The notes beneath the pieces were generated by a model. The model was given only the letters and a program-made list of their open reading frames with translations, searched no databases and had not been told where the DNA came from. Below are positions 17,532 to 26,044 of a stretch of DNA of 64,000 nt, in pieces. The stretch comes from an uncultured Planctomycetaceae bacterium. GTDB taxonomy: Bacteria; Planctomycetota; Phycisphaerae; SM23-33. A program made the position numbers and the translations under genes. Location of the stretch: assembly GCA_964642165.1 (NCBI GenBank), contig CAZXOC010000004.1:2200-66199 (forward strand). Direction: 5' to 3'. Numbering within the stretch: the stretch's first letter is position 1; the number at the start of each line of letters is the position of its first letter.

Positions 17532-20024
17532 CTATTCAGCGACCTTTCGTTCCTTAAGAGGATACCACCTGTCAATCCTGGATCGCAAAGACCTATACAC
17601 CTTGGGCAGCTTGCCGTATAGATTCTCGTGCTCGAACGGATCGCCGACAAGGTCGTACAGTTCGGGCCCCGTATCTTTGCTCGCGCGTTCGCGCGTGCTG
17701 CCAGCATAGGTTCCCTCCCCATCATAGCTCAGGATCAATTTGTGCCGCTTGTGGATCACCCAGCGCTTGAGCAGTACGGCTTCGGGATTCCCCATGCTGG
17801 CGACGTCACGGGCATAGGCCTCGCCGAAGATGGCCCTGTCGGCAATCTTCGTCTTGCCCTCCATCACGGGCAGGAGATTCATCCCCGGAAGCGCTTTCTC
17901 TGGTGGCGCGGCGCCTGCCGCAGCGAGGATGGTGGGGACGACGTCCACACTGCTGACCGGACATTCGCTCACGGCCGGCTTGAGTCTTGCGGGCCACGAA
18001 CAGATGATCGGCGAACGCACGCCCGCGTCGTACGGCGATCCCTTGCTGCGCGGCGCGTAGTCTCCACGCCTTCGGATCGATACCCATCCGTTCGCGCTCT
18101 GATACACAATCAGGGTATCGTCACGGAGTCCCTTCTTTTCCAGATGAGCGATCAGCTCGCCACAGTGTTCGTCGAACCACTCGATCAATGCGTAGTATCG
18201 TGGGATGTCACCGCGACCATGGCCGACAATGAACTTCTGGTTTTCCACAATCCTCTCAGGCGCGACCTTCATGCCGGTGGGCAGCCGCCCGTTGTGGTTA
18301 AAGGCGGGCAGCGCCGGTGCATACCAGAGCAAGAACGGTTTCTTCTCCTTCGCCGCCATATCGATGAAATCGGTGCAGGCCTTCACGGCGCCCGTGCCGA
18401 TCCCGGGCTTGTCATAGCTGAGATCGCCTCTCTCGGCGGTTCCGTGCGTGAATCCGGCGTCGGCATACCGGCCCTCGAACCATCGGCCGCTCTGATAGCT
18501 GACGTACCCCTGCGCCTTCAAGAGTCGTGGCAGCGTTTCAAAGCCGGCTATGGTCGAGACCGGCCGGGGAGCCTTCTTGAAGGCCCCTTCGTAGCTCACA
18601 AGGTCGTCCACCGTGATGCCATGCTCGTGGGCGTAGCGGCCCGTTGCCAGGGTCATCAATGAGGACCGGCTCCACGCCGTCGGGACATATCCCCTTTTGA
18701 AGAGCACGCCGCTTGCGGCCAGCTTCGACAGATGCGGCGTGTTGACGTGGATATTGCCCATGAACGAGTAATCCGTCCACGCCAAGTCGTCCGCGGTGAT
18801 CACAACGATGTTGGGCTTCGTCGAGTCCGCGTTGGCCACGGGCTGTTTCTTCGGCTCCGGGAGCTTGATCCACTCACCCTTTTCGCTCCTGACCGTATCC
18901 AGTCCTACGCCGTGATAGGCGCGAGCAAGCGTTGCGATGTTCCGGTCATCCCCCTTCAGACCATGCACGGGTCGCGCCAGCAGTGCTGCCAGGCGCCTGC
19001 TGTCCTTTCCACGAGGATCGCTGAATCCGTACAGGCCAACACCCGCCTTCAGTGCCTGGGGCACGACTTTGGTTGCGTCCACGCCGGTCCAGGCCGCCAT
19101 GCAGGTGATCAGCCGGGTATGTGTGCCGACCATGCCCTTGACCTTGTCGATGCGCCCCATGTCACCGATTTCGTTCATCAGCCAGTCGGCCCCCCGGTAC
19201 ATGTTTGAGTCGACGACATGGGGGTGGTCCATGTGGTTGCTGGTGATCCAGACAATGCACTTCGGGTCGGCCTCCTTGGCTGCCTTCCGGATGCTTTTCC
19301 AGCAACGGTCAATGGCCTTGCGGCTGTAAGCGAGTTCCTGCCTCACGGTAAGCGCATCGTCCCCGGGATACGGCTCGCCCATCAGTTGCTTGTACAGCTT
19401 CTTCTCGCACTCGATCCACTTGCCGTTGGTCGGCTTACGCGTCGGCTGCCACACCCAGTCGATCATGAATCCGTCGATGCCCGTCTTGCGTACTGCGTCG
19501 CCGATCGATTTCGACAGGAAGTCGAGATACTCGTCCGTGTAGACAACATGATAACCGCCGCTTATCTTCCCGTCTTTGTCGGCTGTGTAGTTCAAGTCCG
19601 GTCGCAGTGCAGCCCACCTTGGATTGCTGCCAATGGTGAAGTAGCCCATCACGAGCATGCCTTCGGCGTGCCCGAGCTTCACCATCTCCGGCAGGAAGTC
19701 ATGCTTCAGGCCCGGCTGGGCCGGCACGAAACCGTTCTTGTACCAGGCATAGCCGTTGGTCGAGACGCAGAACGTCTGGATGACATTGACGCCCAGCATT
19801 CTGTACCAGGCCAGATGGGTCGCCGGATCGGTCTTGGCAAACACCCCAAGTCTCGCCAGCCTTGGCCGGCCATATGGCTTCTCCCAGTTGAAATCGATGC
19901 AGTAGGCCTTGATGTCCTTGATCGAGCCGGCGTTGACCGGCTTACGTGCCTTCGCCGGCGTGTCCGCCCAGGCGGTGCCGACCACGATCAACACCAGCCA
20001 TAGCACCAGTGCTTTCGTTGTCAT
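17532..20024 (-). CDS. secreted fusion: glycoside-hydrolase-like TIM-barrel domain + sulfatase-like (alkaline-phosphatase superfamily) domain lacking the C/S-x-P-x-R signature
   Basis: ORF 17532..20162, trimmed to MTTKALVLWLVLIVVGTAWA (ATG 20022-20024). The N-terminal half resembles an uncharacterised GH-like barrel (GFMIDWVW, IVWITSNH). The C-terminal half has KPNIVVITADDLAWTDYSFMGN..TPHLSKLAASGVLF..PTAWSRSSLMTLATGRYAHEHG, later SKGSPYDAGVRSPI. Confidence 0.85.
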   Translation of the reverse strand: MTTKALVLWLVLIVVGTAWADTPAKARKPVNAGSIKDIKAYCIDFNWEKPYGRPRLARLGVFAKTDPATHLAWYRMLGVNVIQTFCVSTNGYAWYKNGFVPAQPGLKHDFLPEMVKLGHAEGMLVMGYFTIGSNPRWAALRPDLNYTADKDGKISGGYHVVYTDEYLDFLSKSIGDAVRKTGIDGFMIDWVWQPTRKPTNGKWIECEKKLYKQLMGEPYPGDDALTVRQELAYSRKAIDRCWKSIRKAAKEADPKCIVWITSNHMDHPHVVDSNMYRGADWLMNEIGDMGRIDKVKGMVGTHTRLITCMAAWTGVDATKVVPQALKAGVGLYGFSDPRGKDSRRLAALLARPVHGLKGDDRNIATLARAYHGVGLDTVRSEKGEWIKLPEPKKQPVANADSTKPNIVVITADDLAWTDYSFMGNIHVNTPHLSKLAASGVLFKRGYVPTAWSRSSLMTLATGRYAHEHGITVDDLVSYEGAFKKAPRPVSTIAGFETLPRLLKAQGYVSYQSGRWFEGRYADAGFTHGTAERGDLSYDKPGIGTGAVKACTDFIDMAAKEKKPFLLWYAPALPAFNHNGRLPTGMKVAPERIVENQKFIVGHGRGDIPRYYALIEWFDEHCGELIAHLEKKGLRDDTLIVYQSANGWVSIRRRGDYAPRSKGSPYDAGVRSPIICSWPARLKPAVSECPVSSVDVVPTILAAAGAAPPEKALPGMNLLPVMEGKTKIADRAIFGEAYARDVASMGNPEAVLLKRWVIHKRHKLILSYDGEGTYAGSTRERASKDTGPELYDLVGDPFEHENLYGKLPKVYRSLRSRIDRWYPLKERKVAE

Positions 20025-20085
20025 GATGGTGTCCTGCCGCTTGTGACGTCCTTCGCTGTTTCGATGGTTCATCATGTTCTTCCGC

Positions 20086-20334
20086 TTCTGTAGTAAAGGG
20101 TGAAGCCGGCAAGCCGGCGGAATTGTAGAGGTAGACCCCGAGCGGGCGATTGGCATAGGCATAGCGAACCGCCACCGGATTGGTCACCCTCTTGTCGGAT
20201 ACGATCAGGCCCGCACCGTCAATTCTCCCGTCGGCCCAGTGCCACGTGCCGTCTTTGTCCTGAATCGACAGCCACGGTATCTTCTTCCCGGCGACAGGCA
20301 CGGGTGGCGTGTAGTTGGCCTTTGTGGCAGCCAT
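20086..20334 (-). pseudogene. C-terminal-domain fragment of a SASA esterase fused to repeat copy 2
   Basis: In ORF 19942..20445, from MAATKANY: ..WHWADGRIDGAGLIVSDKRVTNPVAVRYAYANRPLGVYLYNSAGLPASPFTTE matches only the last ~80 aa of the intact esterases. The frame then runs on into the start of the sulfatase-fusion gene. Confidence 0.55.
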
Positions 20335-20349
20335 GAGCTCCTGGGCATA

Positions 20350-20468
20350 CTCAACCGGAATTTCCTGGATAGCCTCCGGCCGATCCCGGCGCGCCGGGAC
20401 CGTCGGCCTTTCGGACGATTCTACCGTTGATCCGAGCATCCGCAAACGCCGTTCCTGCTGGATGACGG
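20350..20468 (-). repeat. copy 2 of the ~110-nt inverted repeat (promoter-like boxes + hairpin + leader)
   Basis: The reverse complement aligns with 14516-14625. TTGCGG (20440-20445 on the complement), N16, TAGAAT (20418-20423 on the complement). The hairpin is extended (GGCCGA..TCCCGG CGCG CCGGGA TCGGCC). CTATCCAGGAAAT and AGGAG then precede ATG 20334. Confidence 0.75.
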
Positions 20469-20773
20469 TGGTGGTCCTCCATCAACTCGGCGATGACCTC
20501 GTCCTTGCGGGCGATCTTGGCCTGGAGCTTTTCGACGCGTTCTGCCAGGTGGCGCGTCTTGGCGTCGGCGGCGGAGCGTCGCTTCTCGAAGGCCGCCGCG
20601 CCGTTCTCGAAGAACTCCTTCTGCCATCGGTAGAAGGCTGTGGGGTTGAGGCCGTGCCTGTCGCAGACCTTCGAGACGGGAACCTTCTCGATCAGATGCT
20701 CCCGCACGATCGCCACCTTCTGCTGGCCCGTGAACCGCCGTCGCGGGCCTTTGAGCTGTTCGTCCATGGACAT
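20469..20773 (-). mobile_element. IS3-family transposase OrfA (HTH) remnant, 3'-truncated at the repeat boundary
   Basis: ORF 20351..20773: RRFTGQQKVAIVREHLIEKVPVSKVCDRHGLNPTAFYRWQKEFFENGAAAF..LQAKIARKDEVIAELMED is a typical IS3/IS911 OrfA. Similarity stops at about 20469 and no OrfB follows. A candidate left IR, TGTAAAGCTCCAG.., ends near 20841. Confidence 0.7.
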
Positions 20774-20837
20774 CTCCTTACCGATTGGCTCTTCTATCTA
20801 ACCGAACCGGTCGCGATGTCCAATTCCGACTGGAGCT

Positions 20838-21095
20838 TTACAAGGCGGCCTGCTTGGTACGAGCGCGTCCGCCGACCACGTAGCGCATCGAGGGATCGAC
20901 TTTCAGCCGCTCCGCATCGTTGGTGTCCTCGTAGCCGGCCAAGCGACTGAAGACCGACTGCCGCAGCAGCCCGCCGTCCGAGGAGACTTTCGAGCCGTGG
21001 AATTCGAGCTTGATCGAGCCCTCGAAACCCTCCCGGAGAGCGTCCTTGCCGGCTTCACCCATTGCATCTTCGCCTTCTGCCGTCCGTGGCGTCAA
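20838..21095 (-). mobile_element. IS1380-like (DDE group 1) transposase N-terminal fragment, interrupted by the IS3 remnant
   Basis: 85-aa ORF. ..VSSDGGLLRQSVFSRLAGYEDTNDAERLKVDP.. resembles the IS1380-family N-terminus (TSDAGLLLL ... LLRQRV..GYED.ND...LR.DP), apparently with an internal deletion. The frame ends where the putative IS3 end begins. Family assignment is from memory of the motif only. Confidence 0.5.
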
Positions 21096-21762
21096 GAAAG
21101 CCCTGTGTTCATGCGGTCAAACGACGCTGTATTGTACGTGAACTGTGACTCCTATCCGGGAAATCCGGGTACGAAGGCCTTCCCGACACGTTCGGGTCGT
21201 GATCTCCATGCAGGCGTTGCCTGCCGCCTGGCGGATGATCCGGACCTCGGTGATCTCACCTAGCGGGCTCGACCGGAAGCTCGGCCAGATTCCGCCGCCG
21301 ACAGCCGCGACGCGCCGGGCCGGAACGGGACCTGACGGACGCGCTACGCTCCGAGGTGCACGGATCTCCCGCTGCGAGCGATCGGACCGGCCATTACACA
21401 CCGCCGGGTGGCCCTTCGTTCGGCGCCGAGCCCGCCCGATGGGGGTCGGTTCCCCATGGCCCCGTACGGGGAACGCCCGCAGATTGCGGTCGTGATGACC
21501 GTAGCGAGGGCGCCGGAATGCCCCGGCGAGCGACGTGCGAAGCTCGCCGGGCGGCTCAACGCGCCGGGAAGACGTAACCGACTATGAGATAATAGCTAAC
21601 AGCAGAATCCCCCGCGGCGCGGTGGGCGCTGGACACGCGCGGGGCCAAGCCCGAACGCAGGCAGCCAAACCGTGTCATTGATTGTCCGACGCCCCGCAAG
21701 CGTCTTGAAAGCGGTACGGTATTAAAGCACTATTATACAACAGGTTATAAGAAAAGCCCGTT

Positions 21763-21790
21763 TGTGTCAACATGGATTAAAGTTGACACA
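21763..21790. repeat. perfect 9-bp inverted repeat TGTGTCAAC-N10-GTTGACACA in an AT-rich patch
   Basis: Read directly. Embedded in the only strongly AT-rich stretch of the window (about 21570-21790). Each arm contains TTGACA. Confidence 0.5.
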
Positions 21791-21990
21791 ATCACGACAC
21801 GTTGGCGGCGTTGCAGCGGGGCCGCTTCGAGCAGGCCGCCCGAGACCAGCAGAACCACAGGCCACGAGGCCGATCGCTGACGGGCATGCATCTGCATCGG
21901 GGATCTCCCGGGGAGAACCGTCGCCCGGCTCGGCTCATCGTGTTGGTCGGCTGATCCCCGTGCAAGCCGCTGAGGGGCGCTGTCGTGCCG

Positions 21991-23283
21991 TCAGTCGTCC
22001 CGCTCGGTGGCGAAGAGGTCTTCGTAGGTCTCGCGCGGGCGGACGAGGCGCCACTGGTCGCCCTGGACGAGCACCTCGGGCGCGCGGGGGCGGCCGTTGT
22101 ACTGGCTGGACATCACGAAGCCGTACGCCCCGGCGCTGAAGACGGCCAGCAGGTCGCCTCGCCGCATCACGGGCAGCACGCGGTCCTTGGCGAGGAAGTC
22201 GCTGGACTCGCAGACGCCGCCGACGACGTCGACCTTCTGCCCGCCCTCGGCGACGTGGTCGATCCGCCGCGGGGGCGGCGCGGCCCCGTCGGGCAGCTTC
22301 GCCGGCCAGACGAAGTGCTCCGAGCCGTACATCGCCGGGCGAAGCAGGTCGGTCATCGCCGCGTCCACGATGAGGAAGCTCTTCGCCCCGCCCTGCTTGA
22401 CGTAGAGCACGCTGGCCAGCAGCAGGCCGGCGTTGCAGGCAATCTGGCGCCCGGGCTCCAGGATGATCTCCAGCCCCCTGCCCGCAAGCAGCGGGACGAT
22501 CTGGCGGGCGTAGTCCGTCGCCAGGGGCGAGGCCCCCTCCTCGTAGTCGGCCGCGAAGCCCCCGCCGAGGTCCAGCGTGCGGACTTCGAAGCCCTCGCCG
22601 CGGAGGCGCTCGATCAGCTCCAGCATCTTCCGGATGGCGCGGACGTAGGGCTCGGCGGAGTAGATGGGCGAGCCGATATGGATGTGGATCGCGTCCAGCC
22701 GGGCGTGCTCGCCCCTGCCATGCGCGCGGAAGAACGCCGCCGCGCGCTCGACGTCGACGCCGAACTTGGACTCCCTCCGGCCGGTGGCGGTCTTCTCGTG
22801 GGTCCGGGGGTCGTAGACGTCGGGGTTGACGCGCAGGGCGCATCGCACCTGCCTGCCGGCGGCGGCCGCGAGGCGCGAGATGTTGTCGAACTCCGCCTCG
22901 GACTCGACGTTCAACAGCGCGACGCCGGCCTGGATGGCCTCGCGGATCTCGCGGTCGGTCTTGCCCACGCCGGCGTAGACGGTCTTGGCCGGGTCGGCCC
23001 CGGCGGCCAGCGCGCGGGCCAGCTCGCCGCCGGAGACGACGTCGAAGCCGCTGCCCGCCTCGGCGAGGAGCTTCAGCACCGACAGGTTCGCCAGCGACTT
23101 GACGGAGAAGCAGAGGGTCGGCTCGAGCTCGGCGAACGCCTCGGCGATGGCGCGGTAGTGGCGCAGCAGCGTCGCGGCGGAGTAGACGTACACCGGCGTG
23201 CCGACCGCGTCGGCGATGTCCGCCACCGGCACGTCCTCGCACCACAGCGAGCCGTCTTTGTAGGCGAAGAAGTCCATGGCCAT
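21991..23283 (-). CDS. lysA: diaminopimelate decarboxylase
   Basis: ORF 21991..23319, start taken at MAMDFFAYKDG. Fold-III PLP decarboxylase pattern: GTPVYVYS, CFSVKSLANLSVL, HIHIGS, LDLGGGF, EPGR, CESSD. Confidence 0.93.
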   Translation of the reverse strand: MAMDFFAYKDGSLWCEDVPVADIADAVGTPVYVYSAATLLRHYRAIAEAFAELEPTLCFSVKSLANLSVLKLLAEAGSGFDVVSGGELARALAAGADPAKTVYAGVGKTDREIREAIQAGVALLNVESEAEFDNISRLAAAAGRQVRCALRVNPDVYDPRTHEKTATGRRESKFGVDVERAAAFFRAHGRGEHARLDAIHIHIGSPIYSAEPYVRAIRKMLELIERLRGEGFEVRTLDLGGGFAADYEEGASPLATDYARQIVPLLAGRGLEIILEPGRQIACNAGLLLASVLYVKQGGAKSFLIVDAAMTDLLRPAMYGSEHFVWPAKLPDGAAPPPRRIDHVAEGGQKVDVVGGVCESSDFLAKDRVLPVMRRGDLLAVFSAGAYGFVMSSQYNGRPRAPEVLVQGDQWRLVRPRETYEDLFATERDD

Positions 23284-23383
23284 CCTCGCAGCTCCCGTCG
23301 CGCTGGGGCTCCGAACCATGCAGGGTACCGGCTCGGGTCGGGCGACACAATGCGAACCGGCGCGCGCCTCCCCGCGACGGGGA

Positions 23384-24535
23384 CTACGCGCCGTTCCGCA
23401 CGAACCGGCGGACGGCGTCGGCCGCGCGCTGTCGGAGCAGTTCGGCCGGTCGGTGCATGGCGTCGGCGACGGTCACCTCGCCGGCCACCAGGGGACGCAC
23501 GGCGGCGAAGAGCCCGCCGTGGTCGAGGCCCGTCTCGGCCTGGGCGGGAATGCACAGCACGGGGACGGCGGCCTCGCGGGCGACGCGGGCGACGCCGACG
23601 GCGGTCTTGCCGGAGAGGCTCTGGCGGTCGAGCTTGCCCTCCCCGGTGAGGCACAGGTCGGCCCCGGCCAGACGGGCGGACAGGCCGACGGCGTCGGCGA
23701 CGATCTCCACGCCGCGCTGAAGCTCGGCGCCGAGGAACGCCACGAGCCCGGCGCCGAGCCCCCCGGCGGCTCCCGCGCCCGGCAGGTGTTCCACGTCGAG
23801 CCCCAGGTCGCGGCGGATGACCTCGGCCAGGTGCGCCAGGGCGGCCTCGAGCTGCTCGACCATCTCGGGCGTGGCGCCCTTCTGGGGCCCGTAGACCCGC
23901 GCGGCGCCGCTGGGGCCCGTCAGCGGGTTCGTCACGTCGCAGGCGACGCGGATGCGCGCCTGCGCGACGCGGGGGTCGCGCCGGGCGAGATCGATTCGGT
24001 GGACCGCCGGCAGCCCGCCGCCGGCCAGCCCGCAGACACACGGCTCGCCCGCCGCATCGGTGAAGGCCACGCCGATCGCCTGGGCGCAGCCGCAGCCGCC
24101 GTCGACGGTCGCCGAGCCACCGATGCCCACGAGGATCTCGCTCGCCCCCGCGTCGAGGGCCGCGCGGATCAGCTCGCCCGTGCCGTAGGTCGTGGTGCGC
24201 AGGGGGTCGCGCCGCGCCGGGGGCACGAGGTCGAGCCCGGACGCGGCGGCCATCTCAATGACCGCCACCTTGCCCGCGGCCGCGGCCCGGCCGCCCAGCA
24301 GGCCGAACCCGGCGTCGAGCGGCTCGCCCAGGGGCCCGGCGACGCTGGCGGTGCGGACCGTCCCGCGGGTGGCCGCTACCATCGCCGCAACGGTTCCCTC
24401 CCCGCCATCGGCCATGGGGCAGGCATCGATGGTCGCGCGCGGGAGGGCGGCGCGGACGCCGTCGGCCAAGGCCTCGGCGACCTCCGCGGCGCTGAGCGTC
24501 TCCTTGAAGGAGTCGGGCGCGATGACGATCTTCAT
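23384..24535 (-). CDS. glycerate kinase (GlxK/GarK family)
   Basis: 383 aa. MKIVIAPDSFKETLSAAEVAEAL, PMADGGEGT, TGEGKLDRQSLSGK. Confidence 0.9.
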   Translation of the reverse strand: MKIVIAPDSFKETLSAAEVAEALADGVRAALPRATIDACPMADGGEGTVAAMVAATRGTVRTASVAGPLGEPLDAGFGLLGGRAAAAGKVAVIEMAAASGLDLVPPARRDPLRTTTYGTGELIRAALDAGASEILVGIGGSATVDGGCGCAQAIGVAFTDAAGEPCVCGLAGGGLPAVHRIDLARRDPRVAQARIRVACDVTNPLTGPSGAARVYGPQKGATPEMVEQLEAALAHLAEVIRRDLGLDVEHLPGAGAAGGLGAGLVAFLGAELQRGVEIVADAVGLSARLAGADLCLTGEGKLDRQSLSGKTAVGVARVAREAAVPVLCIPAQAETGLDHGGLFAAVRPLVAGEVTVADAMHRPAELLRQRAADAVRRFVRNGA

Positions 24536-24619
24536 GCGTTCGTCCTCGTGGAGGCGAGACGTCGCGGTTGGCTGCCGCCCCGGCCAGCGAACCGGCCGGC
24601 ACCCAGGCGCGCCGCCGGA

Positions 24620-26026
24620 TCAGATCTCGTCCGCGCCGCGGCCAGGCCTGCTCTTCGGCTTGGGGCGAGGCCCGGTTGCGGGGGCCCGGCGGGCGCGGAG
24701 ATGCACCCAGGCCGCCACCGTGCCGCGCGCCACGCCCAGTCGGACGCGCTGGTCGGGCTTGACGTCCTCCAGCAGGATGCCCAGCGACTCCAGGTCGAGG
24801 ACGTAGTAGTTGTCCACCTGGAAGACGACGTCCTTGAGGCGCAGCCGGATCCGGTCCGCCGGCCCGCCCGCGTCGATGCCGACGATCATCAGCCCGTTCT
24901 CCATCGGCAGGCGCAGCTCCCGCGCCAGCCGGGGCGTGACCTCCCGCAGCGTCAGGCCGAACAGGCGGCGGGCGAGGAGCTTGCCGTCGGGGCGGGGCTT
25001 GGCCTGCACGGGCACGGCCACGGCGAGGGTCTTGCCGTCGCGGACACACGTCAGGCGGGCCGTCGTCGGCGCGCCCGCCGCCAGCATCGCGCAGGTGAAG
25101 TCCGGGATCTGCCGGACGGGCTTGCCGTTCAGCTCGACCAGCCGATCGCCGGCGCGGAGCCGCTCGCCGGCAGGCGTGTTCGGGCGGACCGCGGCGACGT
25201 ACAGCTCGTCGCCGTCGTCGGTGTGTCGCTGCCGGATCTCCGCGCCGAAGACGGCCCGGTTGATCCGCTCGAAGTTCAGCAGGTCGGGGAACTGCCGGAT
25301 CAGCGCGTCGACGGGGATGGCGAAGCCGATGTTCTGGGCGTCGGGGCGGATGGCGGTGTTGATGCCGATCAGCTCGCCGCAGATGTTGAGCAGGGGCCCG
25401 CCGCTGGAGCCGGAGTTGATCGGCGCGTCGGTCTGGATGATGCCCTCGTAGGTAACGCCGGAGGCAAACGCCAGCTTGCGGTCCAGGGCGCTGATGATGC
25501 CGCTGGTGACGGTGTGCTGGTAGCCCAACGGGTTGCCGATGGCGAGGACCGTCTCGCCGACCATGAGGTCGTCGCTGCGGCCGAGGGGCAGGTAGGCCAG
25601 CTCGCGCCCCTTGGGCGGGTCGATCCGGAGGACGGCCAGGTCGTGCTTCGCATCCGAGCTGATGATCTTCGCCGGGTGCCGGGACTTGTCGGCGAGCATG
25701 ACGGTGATCTTCCGGGCTCGCCGCACGACGTGGGCGTTGGTGATGATGTACCCGCCCCGGTGGACCAGGAAGCCGCTGCCGAGGCTCTGCACCGGCACCT
25801 CGCGCCGGAACGGGCTGGGGAAGATGTCCTCGAAGGGGTCGCGCCCGAACAGGCCCCACCGGACGGTGACGACCTTCTCGGCCGAGATGTTGACGACGGC
25901 GGGTTTGGCCTTGAGGTACGCCGCCACGACGGGCGTCCGGCGCTTGGCCTGCCGCGCCGCGGCGTCACCCATCGCCGGCGCCGCCGCAAGCAGACCAGCC
26001 AGCAGACACAGAGCTCCTCTGGTCAT
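24620..26026 (-). CDS. HtrA/DegP-family periplasmic serine protease with two PDZ-like domains
   Basis: 468 aa with a signal peptide. Catalytic blocks GSGFLVHRGGYIITNAHVV, DLAVLRI, DAPINSGSSGGPLLN. C-terminal PDZ-like segments. Confidence 0.92.
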   Translation of the reverse strand: MTRGALCLLAGLLAAAPAMGDAAARQAKRRTPVVAAYLKAKPAVVNISAEKVVTVRWGLFGRDPFEDIFPSPFRREVPVQSLGSGFLVHRGGYIITNAHVVRRARKITVMLADKSRHPAKIISSDAKHDLAVLRIDPPKGRELAYLPLGRSDDLMVGETVLAIGNPLGYQHTVTSGIISALDRKLAFASGVTYEGIIQTDAPINSGSSGGPLLNICGELIGINTAIRPDAQNIGFAIPVDALIRQFPDLLNFERINRAVFGAEIRQRHTDDGDELYVAAVRPNTPAGERLRAGDRLVELNGKPVRQIPDFTCAMLAAGAPTTARLTCVRDGKTLAVAVPVQAKPRPDGKLLARRLFGLTLREVTPRLARELRLPMENGLMIVGIDAGGPADRIRLRLKDVVFQVDNYYVLDLESLGILLEDVKPDQRVRLGVARGTVAAWVHLRARRAPATGPRPKPKSRPGRGADEI

Positions 26027-26044
26027 CTCACGCTCCCGTTGTAC

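Noticed and set aside
21152-21177. Third partial match to the repeat leader (CTATCCGGGAAATCCGGGTACGAAGG versus CTATCCAGGAAATCCCGGGTAAGGAG)
   Set aside because: Only about 26 nt with no similarity in the flanking promoter or hairpin parts. Too short to call a copy without statistics.
21140-21600. Hairpin-rich GC segment considered as a group II intron domain, retron or other structured ncRNA
   Set aside because: No recognisable domain V (AGCCGUAU..) or other family signature by eye. More likely decayed IS1380 sequence. Left as an open question in the findings.
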